DNA of 64,000 bases from the human T2T-CHM13v2.0 reference genome, Homo sapiens. Positions within the stretch are counted from its first letter, which is position 1; each line of letters starts with the position of its first letter. The position numbers and the translations under genes were made by a program. Below are positions 30,145-43,734 of the stretch, one piece after another. The notes beneath the pieces are model-generated. The model had not been told where the DNA came from. It did no database searches and worked only from the letters and a program-made list of their open reading frames with translations. The stretch lies in assembly GCF_009914755.1 (NCBI RefSeq), contig NC_060930.1; one strand, 5' to 3'.

Positions 30145-31162
30145 CAGTACTTATAGACACCATGCTATAAACTAGATCACTGGAAGCTATTCATCTCAAA
30201 GTGGAAAGTTTGCATCCTTTGGTGCTTTTTCCATTTCTCCCATTTTCCCCACTCCCCAACCCCTGACAACCACAGTTGCTCTGCTTCTGTAAGTTTGACT
30301 TTTTTCAATTTCACATGTAAGTGAGATCATACAGGATTTGTCTTTCTGTGTATGTGTTATTTTGCTTAGTATAATGTTCTCTAGGTTTATCTATGTTGCT
30401 GTAAATGATAAGATTTCCTTCTTTTTTAAGATTCAATAATATTCCATTGTATACATTCATCACATTTTCTTTACCCATTCATTCTTTGATGGACACTTAG
30501 GTAGATTCCATTTCTTGGCTATTGTGAATAGTGCTGCAGTGAACATGGGAGTGCAGACATATCTTTGAGTGATTTTATTAGCCAAAGGAAATAATTCTCT
30601 TTTTAATTTTTTGATGAAGTTAAAAATTAACAATAATCTTCTTTTTCATTTTTTAAAGAACCTCCATATTATTTTCCCAAAATACCTGTACTGATTTACA
30701 TTCCCACCAACAATGTACAAGGGCAGTATTTTCTCTACATCCTCACCAATATTTGTTATCTTTTGATTTTTTGATAGTAGCTATCCTAACAAGTGTGAGA
30801 TGATATCTTCCTGTGGTTTTAATTTGCATTTCTCTGATGATTAGTGATATTAAGCACCTTCTCATATACCTGTTGCACATTTGTAGGTCTTCTTTGGAAA
30901 AGCACAGGCAACAAAAGCAAAAATTATAAAGTAAAATGACATCAAACTAAAAAGTTTCTGCACAACAAAGGAAACAATCAATAAAATAAACAGGCACAGG
31001 AGAAAATAAGTAAAAATGATATATCTGATAAGGGGCTAATATCCAAAATATACGAAGAACTCATACAACTCAATAGCCAAAAAACAAAAACAAATGACCT
31101 GATTAAAATATGGACAAAGGACATCAATACACTTTTTTTTCAAAGTAAGCATACAAATGTCT
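30145..31162 (-). mobile_element. L1MA-type 3' fragment with 5' inversion (minus 30145-30900, plus 30901-31162)
   Basis: Antisense 3'UTR/ORF2 end (GTAAGTGAGATCATAC, ACATTCCCACCAACAATG), then sense ORF2 sequence (GCAACAAAAGCAAAAAT...CATCAAACTAAAAAG). Confidence 0.88.
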
Positions 31163-31229
31163 AAGTTATTTACTTTAACCTATTTTTCACGTGAGGCATA
31201 GTTTTCTTTTTGTTTTCAGAAATGTGCTG

Positions 31230-32000
31230 AATCCTCTGAGGCCTTGAATACCTTATTTTACCTTATCACTTAGATAATTTAACTTTATATAATTCTAGGC
31301 TTGACGATTTTATCCCTCAGCACTTTGAATATAAATATATTAATTTAATGTCTCGTTATCTCTCAAGTTGCTTTTAAAAACTGATTTCAATCTAATTTAG
31401 TCCTTTGTAGGTGATCTGGTCTCAGTCTCTGGAAGGTTTCAGAATTTTCTGTTCACCCTTGTTTTTTAACATTCTGTGAAATAAACTTAGTTGTAGTTTC
31501 CTGTTAATTTTTTCATTCATTTAGTGGCAGTCTATGAGCACTTTTAATTGGATAATAATTTATCACGAATTTGAGAAAATCTTATTTGCTAGTTTAGTAA
31601 ATACGTCCTTCTTTCCATTTTTTTTAAAATTTGGGCATTCCTATTGCATAAATATACTTCTCCTTCTATATTCTGTATATATTCATTTTGATTTTAGAAA
31701 TCCTGTCCTTCTATTTTTTCTGAGTGCCTTTTGAAGAGTTACTTTACTTGATGTTTTAGCTTTCTAACAGTTTTCTCTGCCTTTGATCATTCTGTTATTG
31801 AAACCACTATTGAGTTCTTTATTTCAATGATTTCATTTTTCATCCTCAGTATCTTCAATTGCTTCTTCCAGCCGATGACCCATTTCTGTGTCTGGAATGC
31901 AATGTCTTCCCTTATTTACTTGAGCACATTTATTATGCTTATTTTAAATTTTCTTCTGTCTAGCATAGTAAATCTTTTTCATTATGCTTTTAAAAAATAT
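31230..32000 (-). mobile_element. Ancient L1/HAL1 ORF1-like relic 1
   Basis: Minus-strand translation near 31285-31332, IFKVLRDKIVKPRII, resembles the ORF1p IFKVLKEKN-QPRILYPAK motif. Boundaries approximate. Confidence 0.6.
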
Positions 32001-32879
32001 TCTATTTTTAAAATAACAGTTGAGTATAAATGGTCCAGCAGTTTTCTTCATGAGATTATTTTCCCCAGGGGATAGTAAAGTGTTCTTGGGGAAAATACTG
32101 GAAAAATACTAGATTGTATCTCTCCTGAAAATTTTCAGAAGGGGAACATGCTTCAGGGAGGAGACTTTTTTGTACTGCAGTTCACTCTTATTTTCCTCTC
32201 CTGGCAATACAATCTTGCTCTAGGAAATTTTACTAAACTTCCAACTCAGTCAGTGCCCTTTGCCAAATACTGAGTCTGTGGGTTGTAATCCTCTAGTCCT
32301 CAAGGTATGTAGGTCAGAGGAGGACATGCTCAGGGGCTACAGTGGGCCTACATGTGTTTCTATCTACCTGTTCCCTGACCTGGGCCACATTATTGCTCTC
32401 AAGTTATGCTGTAGTTTCCGGCTGGTGTTAGGCTGATATGACAGTGGATCTTATTTTATTTTATTATGTTATTTTTATTATGTATTTTATTTTATTTTAT
32501 TTTTATATCCTACAGAGGCAATGGAGTGGGCAACAGTGTACCTAAAGTAATGCCAAGGGAACAATGAAAGAATAACTAGAAAACTGTTATGTGGTCTATC
32601 CACACCTGTGGCTCCTAGCCTTCTCTCACTTGCGTTCCATTCCTGCCCTTGGAATATGTGCCAGAACCTGGTTCCTTCTATTTTCCTCAGTAAAATAGGT
32701 TATCAAGATTCCTATGATAGTTTCTCATGCCCATCAGTCCCCTGACTTCTGTGACTTCTCCAGTATTGCATTAGGGTGGAGGAGGCACCTAATGCCAAGG
32801 TAGTTCACCATCTCGTCATGGGCAGAAATGCAATCGTTTCTTTAAGAAGAGTTTATGGAAACTATGGCTCTGAATTTGG

Positions 32880-33650
32880 ACAAGCTGAACATGCTCATCT
32901 ATTTTATGCTTGAGTGATATTTTGGCTGGGTATATAACTTTAGGACCACAGTTTCCTTCCTTGATGCTTTATAAGTGTAGCTCAACTGCTGGAGGACTTT
33001 CTGACAACTGATTATTTTCCCTTTTAAAGTGCCTTGGTTTCTCTGCTTTGATTTTCAAGATTGTTTCTTTATATATAAAGTACACTAGTTTAATGGTTTT
33101 GCTATTAGGCCTGGTCATTAATTGTATAATATCATTTTTTTCCCCTGAAATATCAAATGCTTCTTGAAACTGTAGATTCAATCATTTTTAATTTCTGAAG
33201 GTTTTTTGAATTAAAAATGAAAGGCTTTTCTGTTTTATTTTTTCCTTCTCTTACCTTTTTCAGGCACCAATTATGCCTGAGTTGAATCACCTTTGTCTAT
33301 ACTGCATACATGCCATTTCCTTTAGAAATGCTTTGATGGCTTGCTCACTTCTGTCAAGTTCTTCTTCTGTGTCCTTCTTAGTCTTCATTTTGCTCTTCCA
33401 ATGGGGACTTTATTTTGTGACAGTTTTATTATTTGCATCTTGTCTCAAGTTCTGCCAACTCATTTTTCATCCTTTAATCTAATGTCGCCCTATTTCTTTG
33501 TTCAAGCCTTTTATCTCTGCATTCATCTCTTATTTCATGGATTTGGTATTTCCTTTAATTTTGTTTGAGTTCTTGGAAATGGCTTAAGTCGTGAACTTTA
33601 ATCTGCCCTGTAGAAACATGTTTTGAGAGGTGTTCTTCACCATTTGTTTT
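32880..33650 (-). mobile_element. Ancient L1/HAL1 ORF1-like relic 2
   Basis: Minus-strand translation near 32910-32965, IKEGNCGPKVIYPAKISL. Boundaries approximate. Confidence 0.6.
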
Positions 33651-34834
33651 CTCTGTTTCTTTCTAGCTTTTTGAAGGGACTTTTAAAAATATATATGCTG
33701 CACTTGTTTTCTGATTATGACTTATTTTTGAACATGGAAGGATAGTTTGTCCTTGCATTTCTGCCATCTTGAGGTAGTCAAATGAGTTTTTAGATATTAC
33801 CTTAGCCACTCCTGTTAACTTAGTCTTTTGTTCTGATTAAGAGAACATTGTTTTGGCCCTTCATGTGTGCCACACAGCTAAAGAAATCTGTGCCCCAACA
33901 CTCTTTCTGGGATTAAAGTTCTGGGCACCTTCACTTTGTTTCATTTTCATCTCTGTCTCTATTTGACTGATACCCAAAGTCTTTTATCATGTATTTCAAG
34001 GTTTCAAGGTTACAGTGAGAGTAAACTGCCATCTTAAAATGGGAATATATCTATTTATTTTGCAAAACAACTTAACTCCCTTTCTTCCTGTCTCATGGAA
34101 ACACCATGCTCTAGATATTTTCCTAAAAAAAAAAAAAAAGCCACCTACCAAGATCTCTACCCTTAACCAAAATGGAATTGTCAGAGGCTTTGCAAGTATG
34201 ACTCTTCTCAACCTTTTCCAAATTAAATTCTTAGGCAGGTCTCCATCTCTCACATATGTCTATTGTCCCGCACTTGGTAAAAAGAGAAAAAAACATGATC
34301 TTATTGTTCTTACATTGTTCAAGTATTCCCAGGGTTATTTCTTTCCCTTTTCTTTTCTCATTACACAGATAAATCAAGTCAGATTCATTTAATCAGTGGA
34401 TTATAAGCCTCACTTTCTCTAACTTCACTGTCAATAATGTTCTTGATCAGTAATTTGATCATCTCAAGACTTGAGGGAAATAAGAAAGCAGCTCTTCTCC
34501 ATGAAACTATTGGTTGAAAATCCTTCAAATACTAGATAAACCCACTAATTCAGAAGAAGGGTAACTTCATTATGATATAGAGGACTCATAGAGTAAATTT
34601 ATGATGTTTATTTGCTGCCTCTGAGAAATGATGATGAGATTTTCGGATGTATTCTTGCTGATATACAGCCCACATTGTGAGAACCATGTGCTGTTGTGCC
34701 CCTTCTCCCTAAATCACTATCAATATGAGGCCCAAACGTTCAAAACATGATCCAAAATTTATTTTCCATCATGCCAAATCAAGTGATACCTTTGCCTTAT
34801 GTTTAATACAGTTTTTAAATTTTTCATTAGGCTA

Positions 34835-35058
34835 AATATTGAGAACTCATAGACACAAAGAAGGAAACAACAAAGAAGGGGCCTACTTGAGGGTAGAGGT
34901 TTGCGGGAGAGAGAGGAGCAGAAAAAATAACTATTGAGTACTGGGCTTACTACTTGGGTGATGAAATAATCTGTACAACGAACCTTAGTGACACAAATTT
35001 ATCTGTGTAACAAACCTGCACATGTACCATTGAACCTAAAATAAAAGTTTAAAAAAAA
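34835..35058 (+). mobile_element. L1PA15/16-like 3'-end insertion
   Basis: GACACAAAGAAGG...TGGGTGATGAAATAATCTGTACAAC...AATAAAAG then A tail; imperfect TSD AAATTTT(T)CATTA. Confidence 0.88.
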
Positions 35059-35159
35059 ATTTTCATTACGCTCTAAGTTAAAGGTAAAATTGTTTTTATA
35101 CCCATTTCCTACAAGGGAAAGAAATGCTTTCTGTATCACCATCAAGACTACATAGGAAA

Positions 35160-35471
35160 GCCGGGTGCGGTGGCTCACGCCTGTAATCCCAGCACTTTGG
35201 GAGGCCGAGGCGGGTGGATCATGAGGTCAGGAGATTGAGACCATCCTGGCCAACGTGGTGAAACCCCATCTCTACTAAAAATACAAATAAAAAAAATTAG
35301 CCGGCCGTGGTGGCGGGCACCTGTAGTCCCAGCTACTCAGGAGGCTGAGGCAGGAGAATGGCGTGAACCTGGGAGGCGGAGCTTGCAGTGAGCCGAGATG
35401 GTGCCACTGCACTCCAGCCTGGGAGACAGAGTGAGACTCCATTTCAAATAAATAAATAAATAAATAAATAA
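35160..35471 (+). mobile_element. AluY-like with (TAAA)n tail
   Basis: GAGAATGGCGTGAACC, GGAGCTTGCAGTG; TSD AAGACTACATAGGAAA / AAGAGTACACAGGAAA. Confidence 0.96.
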
Positions 35472-35834
35472 AAGAGTACACAGGAAATAGGGAATGCTGT
35501 TCATTATATTACTTGTTTGGACAAGGGCATTGTTACTATGGAGATCACTGGCATTGTATCAGCATCCACGATCCTTCTGTTTAATGCCAGTCTCCTACTT
35601 TGAGTTAAATAGAAGAAATGTCTCAAGGCGTGGAGCCTGCAGTATCTGATAGACAATGCTGATAAACATACAACAAAATCATAAACAGAATATTAATTTC
35701 AAAAGTGTTAAAATAGCTCAAAGACAATCAAAAGGATTAAGACTTCTAGGGTCAGATTCATAAGAATTGCATAGTTAGACTGGGTTAGCCCCAGGGGAAT
35801 TCATTGTTTCTCGTTTGCTTAGATATATCTATGT

Positions 35835-36010
35835 CCAATGAATCATTCAGGAAATATTTATTGGGCACCTACTGTCTGAGATGTAGCAATGCTGGAGGCA
35901 GAGTGACAGAAATAAGATAAATCAGGCATGGATTCCTTGCTCTAGCAATTTACAGTGTAAGAGAGCAAAGACTCTACATAACATAAAACAGAAAGTAGAA
36001 GACTGTGAGT
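35835..36010 (-). mobile_element. L2 3' fragment
   Basis: CATTCAGGAAATATTTATTGGGCACCTACTGT. Confidence 0.65.
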
Positions 36011-38323
36011 GCTATTGGAAAAACTTACGTATAATAACCTGGCCCTCCATGTATTCTTGTGCTCTGTTTTTCCATATCATCAACTCAGTATGAAGTTTAG
36101 CCCTTTCTATGAATTCCACATCAGATATGCAATGAACAACAACAACAAAATAACGAAAATACTCCCAGTTTGGGTATTTTGCATATGGTTTGAAGGTTTG
36201 TTGGAGATGAAGAATGGATCACATCACGTAAGCAAACGGAACCTTAAATTTCATGTTAGAATTCCAGTTCTTAAAATTTGTTTGGCCATCCCACTATCTT
36301 GATACTCATCTAGTCTTTGTATACAAGTACCATTTTCATCAAGAAGTGGTATGCTTTCAAGATTATGCTCTCTATACTCTGTCAACAGCCTGAAGATGAG
36401 TGTAATCTCTGGATCTCTAATAAGAAAAAAAATATGTTTTGGGTAAATAGGGAGATTTTATTCTTTCATTATTTTGCATAGCATCCACCAATGCTTAGAG
36501 TATACTATTTATGAGGTGTGAGACATACATAGGGTATTGCTTTTCCATGGGGATCCAATTACTTCTGTGTGGACCCTTTATGCGGAACAGGTAACCTGAC
36601 AACATTTATTCTTAGAAGGAAAATTGGTCATATGAAAAATGGCCCATGCAACAAGTCTAAGAATCTCAGGATATTAGACCTTAAATGATCATAGAGATTC
36701 TGAGCTTAACCTCCCTACGTTACAGCTGAGAAACTGAGACACAGAAAGGTCTGTCCAAGGACACCTGCCTATCTTATGAGATCAAGCAATTTATAACCTT
36801 CTCTTATAGCTCCTAAGATTTACATGCCATAGAGTGGTGGTGTGAAATCATAATATAGGGTTTGTAGGACAGGATTTCACCCTTGAGAATTGTTTTTAAG
36901 ACTCTCAGAATTTATGTGATTATTGCATCTCCCCAGATTGATCATTTCTGACACTTTATAGTTGCAAGTTAATGCACAACCCAAATCCAAACAGTTTCCA
37001 TAAGACAGCAAATATCAATTTGCAAGACAGTATAGAATTCGATTTTAATTTAAAAATTGAAATGAAAACCCTGCTCAGAATTAAGGTCTGTCCTCTTCTA
37101 AATTTTCTTAGAACTTACTTGTATCTTAATATTGCTGTTATATCTTTAGGACTTATATTATTATTCATGCATTATATTTTCTTAACTATCAGAACTCTCA
37201 AAGTAGAGATGATCATATTGACACATCCCTCCTGGTTTAGCCCAGTGCTTTCACATAGATGTTTGCTCAGTAAGTGTCCACTGCCTTAATGGCTAAATGA
37301 AAGGGACTTCTACTTGCTGAATTTTAATTTACTGCTTGCTCTTCCCCTTAAAAAAGATGTATTGTAATAAAGGTAAAACAGAGCAAAGACCTACATCATA
37401 TGTGAATAACTAGCTTCTCTGGCTGATTGAAATTAGCTTTTGGCACAATGATATATCTAATAATAAGTGAGACTGATTTTTCTATTCATAGCTATGAAAC
37501 ATTTTATTCTTTCCCCTGGTCAAAATGTTTTACTTTTATGATATTTCTTTATTTCAAAGCATTAAATGTACAATGACTTATTATGTGGTTTCCTGGCCTT
37601 TTTCTTACATGATACTGTTTCTTTTTTAGACCTGACTTGCAATATGGATTTATTTTGGCAGTCACATCGTGTATTAGTGATGAAGATGATTGTAGGACTT
37701 CGTATTTTTTCATACCCCATCGTTATTGCTAATTACTGACTACAAATTATTTGAAAGGATTTTTCATACACTATCTCCCGATTCATCCTTTGGACCACTT
37801 TCTACTGTATATGAGGCTGGTAACATCAAACTCATTTTATTAAGATCATCAGGTTTCACTCAAGCATGAATATATTTTAAAAGTGTTATTCCACATTGAG
37901 CTTTTGCTTACTTTCATTTTTAATGGAAAAAGCTTAAGGCCCTTTGGGTCAAACACATTTACAATCAATAGCACAAAAAATCATTAAAAAATAAAACAAT
38001 CCATTATTGATGAAGCTGGATGATGGCATCATCCCATGTTAACATTTATAAGTTCCAACAGTTAATAATAAATCTATAGTGTGGGGAACATAAAATATTT
38101 AAAACATGAATAATTGATTTGCTAGAGCATCATTCATTAAGGTTAGAAGTAATTCACCAATATGGAAATGAGCAGATAGAAGCAATATTTTAATTTATTA
38201 TTGAGAAATTACCATTTGGCTAAAGAATAGGAATGATCCAGAGAGAATAATAGAAAAGTTATTAATCTCAACTAATTTATTCAAAAGAAATATGTAGATT
38301 ACAAACAAATGTTTTCTTTGCAG

Positions 38324-38431
38324 GCTGAAGCTTCATTTCTGTTATTAACCACACTTCCGGAGTCTTTTGGGGTGACATATTGCTGTATGGATTAAAATTA
38401 GCATAATAGAAATCTACAGTACAAGTAGTAG
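38324..38431 (+). other. Weak candidate non-coding exon, 108 nt
   Basis: Acceptor GTTTTCTTTGCAG|G, donor TAG|GTGAGA; stops in all three frames. Confidence 0.22.
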
Positions 38432-38861
38432 GTGAGAATGTCTTTATAATCCCCCAAATCACAGTGCAATGATATTTCTTCTTGTAAACTTTTGGGAGTA
38501 GCATAAGCTGCCCAAAATTGGCTTTCTATTTTTGGGAAACTACGAACTTTATTTCTAGGAGGGAAGACTATATTTCCCACTACAAAGAAGCCAAAAATGT
38601 GTGCAAATGGGAGGAATAGATACATCCTTTTCTTGGCTCTTGACATAGACACAGCTCCTGCCCAGGACTCTGAAGTTAGAAGAAATGATACGAGGTGCAG
38701 TGTTAGAGACTTTTTCTGGTGCTGTGTTAAGTTGGGAACCAGGTGGTAGAGCCTTTAGAAGCCAGACTCAACCTCTTTTCTGCAGCAGCCTCCGGGCTAG
38801 GTTGGACTCTCCTGTATTCTTTCTCAACCCTAATTTTTTTAACCCTTGCCAAAAATTCTTA

Positions 38862-38905
38862 CCACAATTTCTGACTCAATGACCTACAATTTCTGACTCA
38901 ATGAC
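38862..38905. repeat. 22-bp tandem duplication, one mismatch
   Basis: CCACAATTTCTGACTCAATGAC / CTACAATTTCTGACTCAATGAC. Confidence 0.95.
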
Positions 38906-39086
38906 TCTCCTCCTACTTTATTTTGATGCTTTGTGACAATATACATAATTCTCCTAAAATATTTTTATTTTACTCATAAAAATATGTACTAAATATTAAA
39001 AATAATTTGATATATTGAGAATATAAATATCCATATACTCATTAACCTTCCTTTCTCTTACTCTTTTTCCTTGTAGTATTGATGCA
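38906..39086 (+). repeat. 181-bp direct duplication, copy 1
   Basis: Matches 41127-41308 with about 5 differences by eye. Confidence 0.97.
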
Positions 39087-39245
39087 TTTGATGTCTCAGT
39101 ACTACGTTTTCTTCATCTATAAAGTAGAGAATAAGAATTGTCCCTATTTTATAAGATGGCTTTGAGGATTAAATGAGATAATGGGAAAAGGGCTTAGTTA
39201 TGTGCCATGCTTCATAGTAGACACTTAAGGAATGTTGGCCATTAT
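39087..39245 (+). mobile_element. MIR 3' half
   Basis: TTTTCTTCATCTATAAA...TGAGGATTAAATGAGATAAT...CATAGTAGACACT. Confidence 0.75.
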
Positions 39246-41126
39246 TTGTATCAATACATACAGTTGGTATCAATTAGATTCCTGCTGAGGTCACTGGGCT
39301 AGACCAAATGACCCTTTGTGGCTTCCTTCATTGATTTTGTAAAAGGCTATTTATTTCTCTGTGGCAGCAATAGATTTGGATTCCTGTACAGGATGAGGAT
39401 GTGGTTCTCAAATTAGCACTACACTTTCAATACATAATAAGATGTCATTAGAAATGTAGTAAATACAGATCACAGGGTAATTTTAGAAATACCCAATCAA
39501 CGTTCTAGGGCAGAGTTTAGGAAATTTTATGGTTGAGTTTATAATTATATTTCAGTGGATTTGAAATAAACAACCTCTTTGTGACTGGTTTGGGTGGCTT
39601 GGCCAAGGTTTCACTTTTTCTGAGGTAGGAGATTGAGTCTGGGAAATGATTGAAGATTCTCTCTGCCTTCCTGAAGTCATGGAGCCATAGGTTCACAGAA
39701 GACCAACATTCCCACAGTATTGGGAAGAAAGTTAGATTGTTTCTTTACAGCAGTCACTGTTGAACTCTTTCCTGAGTGCACTCAATATTATTAATAATAT
39801 CTGCATTATGCTGTTAGTAAAGATGAACATACCAATTAGGCTTATGTAGAAATTAGTATTTTTTGCCTAAAGTACTTTGCATGTTTCAATTAACTCTGTA
39901 TATCCATGACTAGTAGGAGGGAGTGTTAACTGTTTCTAAGTGGAAGAAATGAGGCATACAAATATTAAGTGATTTCTCCATGTGAGATAATTTTAGAGTA
40001 AAGCTGGGAATGAAATATTGGTTTCCTGAAACGAAGCTTAAAGTGTGAGTACATAGTTGTTCTTTGATGAAAAGTGGTCATTTTTCGGTTTAACTTTCGA
40101 TGGAAACATCTTTTTTTAAAGCTTTGATTTCTGAAGAGCTAATTTTAACTGATGGAATGGTATCATTCTTTTAACTTGAAAACAAGGTCTTTTAACCAAA
40201 ACCACTTACTTTCATCATCCGTATTCTTCCCTTCCCACCAGGCTTTCTTCCTTCATTCTTATTTTTATTCACTTACGTGTCCCACAGTTTTTGCATGTCC
40301 ATATATCTACTGTGTGTCATGCACTCTGTTAGTTTCTGGGAATGTCAAGATAAGGAAGGCATCATTATCACCTAAAAATGTCTCAGTTCAATGCAGAGGA
40401 TGGACAAGTGAATAGATGATTATAATTTAACAATCAATTATTTTATGCCCACCCCATTAACTGCTAAATTATAATCATCTACAAGCTCCAAGAGAGCAGA
40501 GACCATCTGGTTTCTAGCTCAATGCCTGGCATACAATAAATACTTAATAAATATTTGTAGAATGGATGAAGTAGAGAAACAAGAGGAGGGACAGCACATC
40601 GGAATGGATGGCTAATTTTGTAGTGCCAACTTCCACAAAATTTACCAGAAGATCCCACTGCATGTTGTATTCTGTAATTCTCACAACACATTTCATCCTA
40701 ATAGGTGGAAATATTTAGTACTTTGTTTCCTCATTGGAAATATGATTTTTATATGCTAGCAAGAGATGTGGGTAAGAAAAAAAGAGTAGTCTCAAGCTCA
40801 AGAATACGTGTTTTGTTTTTCAGGTTTATGGTAATGTTGCTATTTATGTCAATCCTAGTTCATAGTATCTCATAGGTGATGTTATTGGAAGTATTTTATT
40901 GGAAGTATTTGTTCTTGTCGCTACTGACTTCAGCTAGTACCATGCATATCACTGTTATCCATTATGTTGGCTAGTCTACATCCCTGCAGGTGAAGGATGC
41001 TTTTCAGTGATGGATGCTCTAAATCTCTGTCCAGTCTAATATTACAACTCAGCAGATTATGCCCTTTTGCAATCTGACATCTCCCAATGCCAGCAAATTC
41101 TTCCTGATATTTAGATGATTGATTTT

Positions 41127-41308
41127 TCTCCTCCTACTTTATTTTGATGCTTTGTGACAATACACATAAATCTCCTAAAATATTTTTATTTTACTCTTAT
41201 AAAATATGTACTAAATATTAAAAATAATTTGATATATTGAGAATATAAATATCCATATACTGATTAACCTTCCTTTCTCTTACTCTTTTTCCTTGTAGTA
41301 TTGATGCA
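41127..41308 (+). repeat. 182-bp direct duplication, copy 2
   Basis: Matches 38906-39086. Confidence 0.97.
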
Positions 41309-42143
41309 AGTTAAATAGAATTTTTTTCTTAACGTCACAATTAGATGGGTCATTTAAGCTGTTAGGGGATTGGCATAAATAGCAAAAATCACCTTATATC
41401 CTAACTCAAAAAAATAACCTTAGTTGTTTTCTTTGTCCGTTACATACTTTTCTTGCCAAACTTAAACCGGAAAACAGATATTCTAGATTTTTTGCTCACT
41501 GGATATATGAAATATATAATCCTTTGAATTGGTTTTAACTCATTTGATTATTTCAGTCATTTTCATCTATTCTTCATTCTCCCATATATGCATTTACTCA
41601 TTCATTCACTCAACAAATATTTACTGATCACTGATAAGACACAAAGCAAACAGGATGTGCTGAGAATAGAACAGAGAAAGACTAATTGCAGGGGGAAAAA
41701 TCATGAAGATGCAGCTACCAAAGGAAGCATTCATTTTACTTATCAATGTTACTTTTTAAACAATTTGTGCATATTTTCGTTTTACTTACATGTGGATTAT
41801 CTCACATTTTTGTTTACGGATATTTAGCATGAGTAATCAATAATTGAGTTTTCTTTGTTATTCCTTCCTTTAAAAGATGCCTTATCATGTTTGCTGATGT
41901 GCCAAATGTGAATCAAAGTTTTGAGCTCTTTTTTATCCTCGAAGAGGAATATTATTCTAACTTTAACATAACAGCAACTCCATTCTCCCCACTCACAAAA
42001 TTTGCACATTTCTTTTCACTCCCTTATGTTCTTCATGCCTCAAATTTCAACTTTTCCTTGAGATCTAATGCCTTACTCTAGGAACTGGATTTCTGCTTAT
42101 GTTAAGATAAGCTAGGATGTGCTTCAGTTAAAAATTAAATCTA

Positions 42144-42479
<336 letters not shown>

Positions 42480-42659
42480 TTATTCTTGCTCACACCACAT
42501 GCCCAATAGAGTCAACTTGAGGGATGAAGGAAAGCTCTGTTTCACGATCATTCAGAGACCCAGAGTAACATTGCTGCCACTGAGTCAGGGGAAAAGAAAT
42601 TGGAGAATCACATAATCTTTTTACTGCCCCAACTCAGAAATAATCACATGTTCCAGGAC

Positions 42660-43730
42660 TATGAGTCTATTTCTTTCCTGATACATTTTATATGCTCACT
42701 TCCTAGTCTGTATATCCAGTTTTTGCCTTTTTCATGATCTGTAGTCATCCATGAATATTTTTACTTGTATATCCTTTGGTTTCCTTGAACTCCATATTTG
42801 GCTTCACAATGTTTCTTTCTCAAGCATCTCTTTTCCTGAATTTCTAATTTGTTAGTCAATTCTCCTAGTCAACCAACTCAAAAACTTGGAGTTGCTTTAA
42901 ATCCATCTCTCTCTTGCTCTCTCTGCCATTCCTCACATCCTCAAGTTCTAGTGGTGGCTGCCTTGGCATGGTCTCTTTTTTGTCTTCACTCTCCATTCCC
43001 ATTGCTGTGGTCTAGTCTGGTCTTCTCCACTGTTTCCTGATGCTTAAGCTACTGAAATAGCCTCCTTAAGGCAGCCAGTGAAATCTATGTATAACTACCA
43101 GAGTAATCCTTTTTAGCTTTTTGCTTATTCACAAAACTCTCCATCTCTTTATTGATATTGAAACCTAATTTTCTCTGCCCTTCTTTCATGGCTTTTCCTA
43201 AATTGTTTAATACCCTAATTGGGATGTATTTCTGAACATGTATCTTCTATTTTCATCAAGCTGGTCAGTTTTCTATTTTACAAAGACACTTGTCTCTTCT
43301 TACTTTGGACTTCCTCCTCTCACTTCCAGCTGCTCAAAGCCAAAGCCCTCCCTTTAGGTCTAGCCTAAGCGTATCTTTTCTCAGAGTCTTCCCTGCCTGC
43401 TATTCAGTTCATGGATACTTTCCTGCTGTCAGCTACTCAAGTCCTAGTTTAGCACAAGGTTAGCATCAAATCACCGGTTATCTTGAATTCCTTCATTCAT
43501 TCCTTTGGTATTAATTGACTATGTGTGAGAAAACATGTACATTGCTGTATATGTAGTGGTAAATGAAACAAAGATGTTTCAGCTCTCACAGAGATTACTA
43601 TGTAATTGGGCAGGCAGGCATTAAAGCAATGATCATATAACATAAATACATAATTGTAAATGACGATTATGGCCATCAGGGAGGGTTGCTCGCTGCTCTC
43701 AGAGAGAATAACTAGAAGACCTAATTTGGA
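42660..43730. mobile_element. Degenerate L2 fragments (+ about 42660-43450; - about 43490-43730)
   Basis: AAAACTTGGAGTTGCTT, ACTGAAATAGCCTCCT; TTCATTCATTC followed by an L2 antisense end. Confidence 0.55.
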
Positions 43731-43734
43731 AAAG

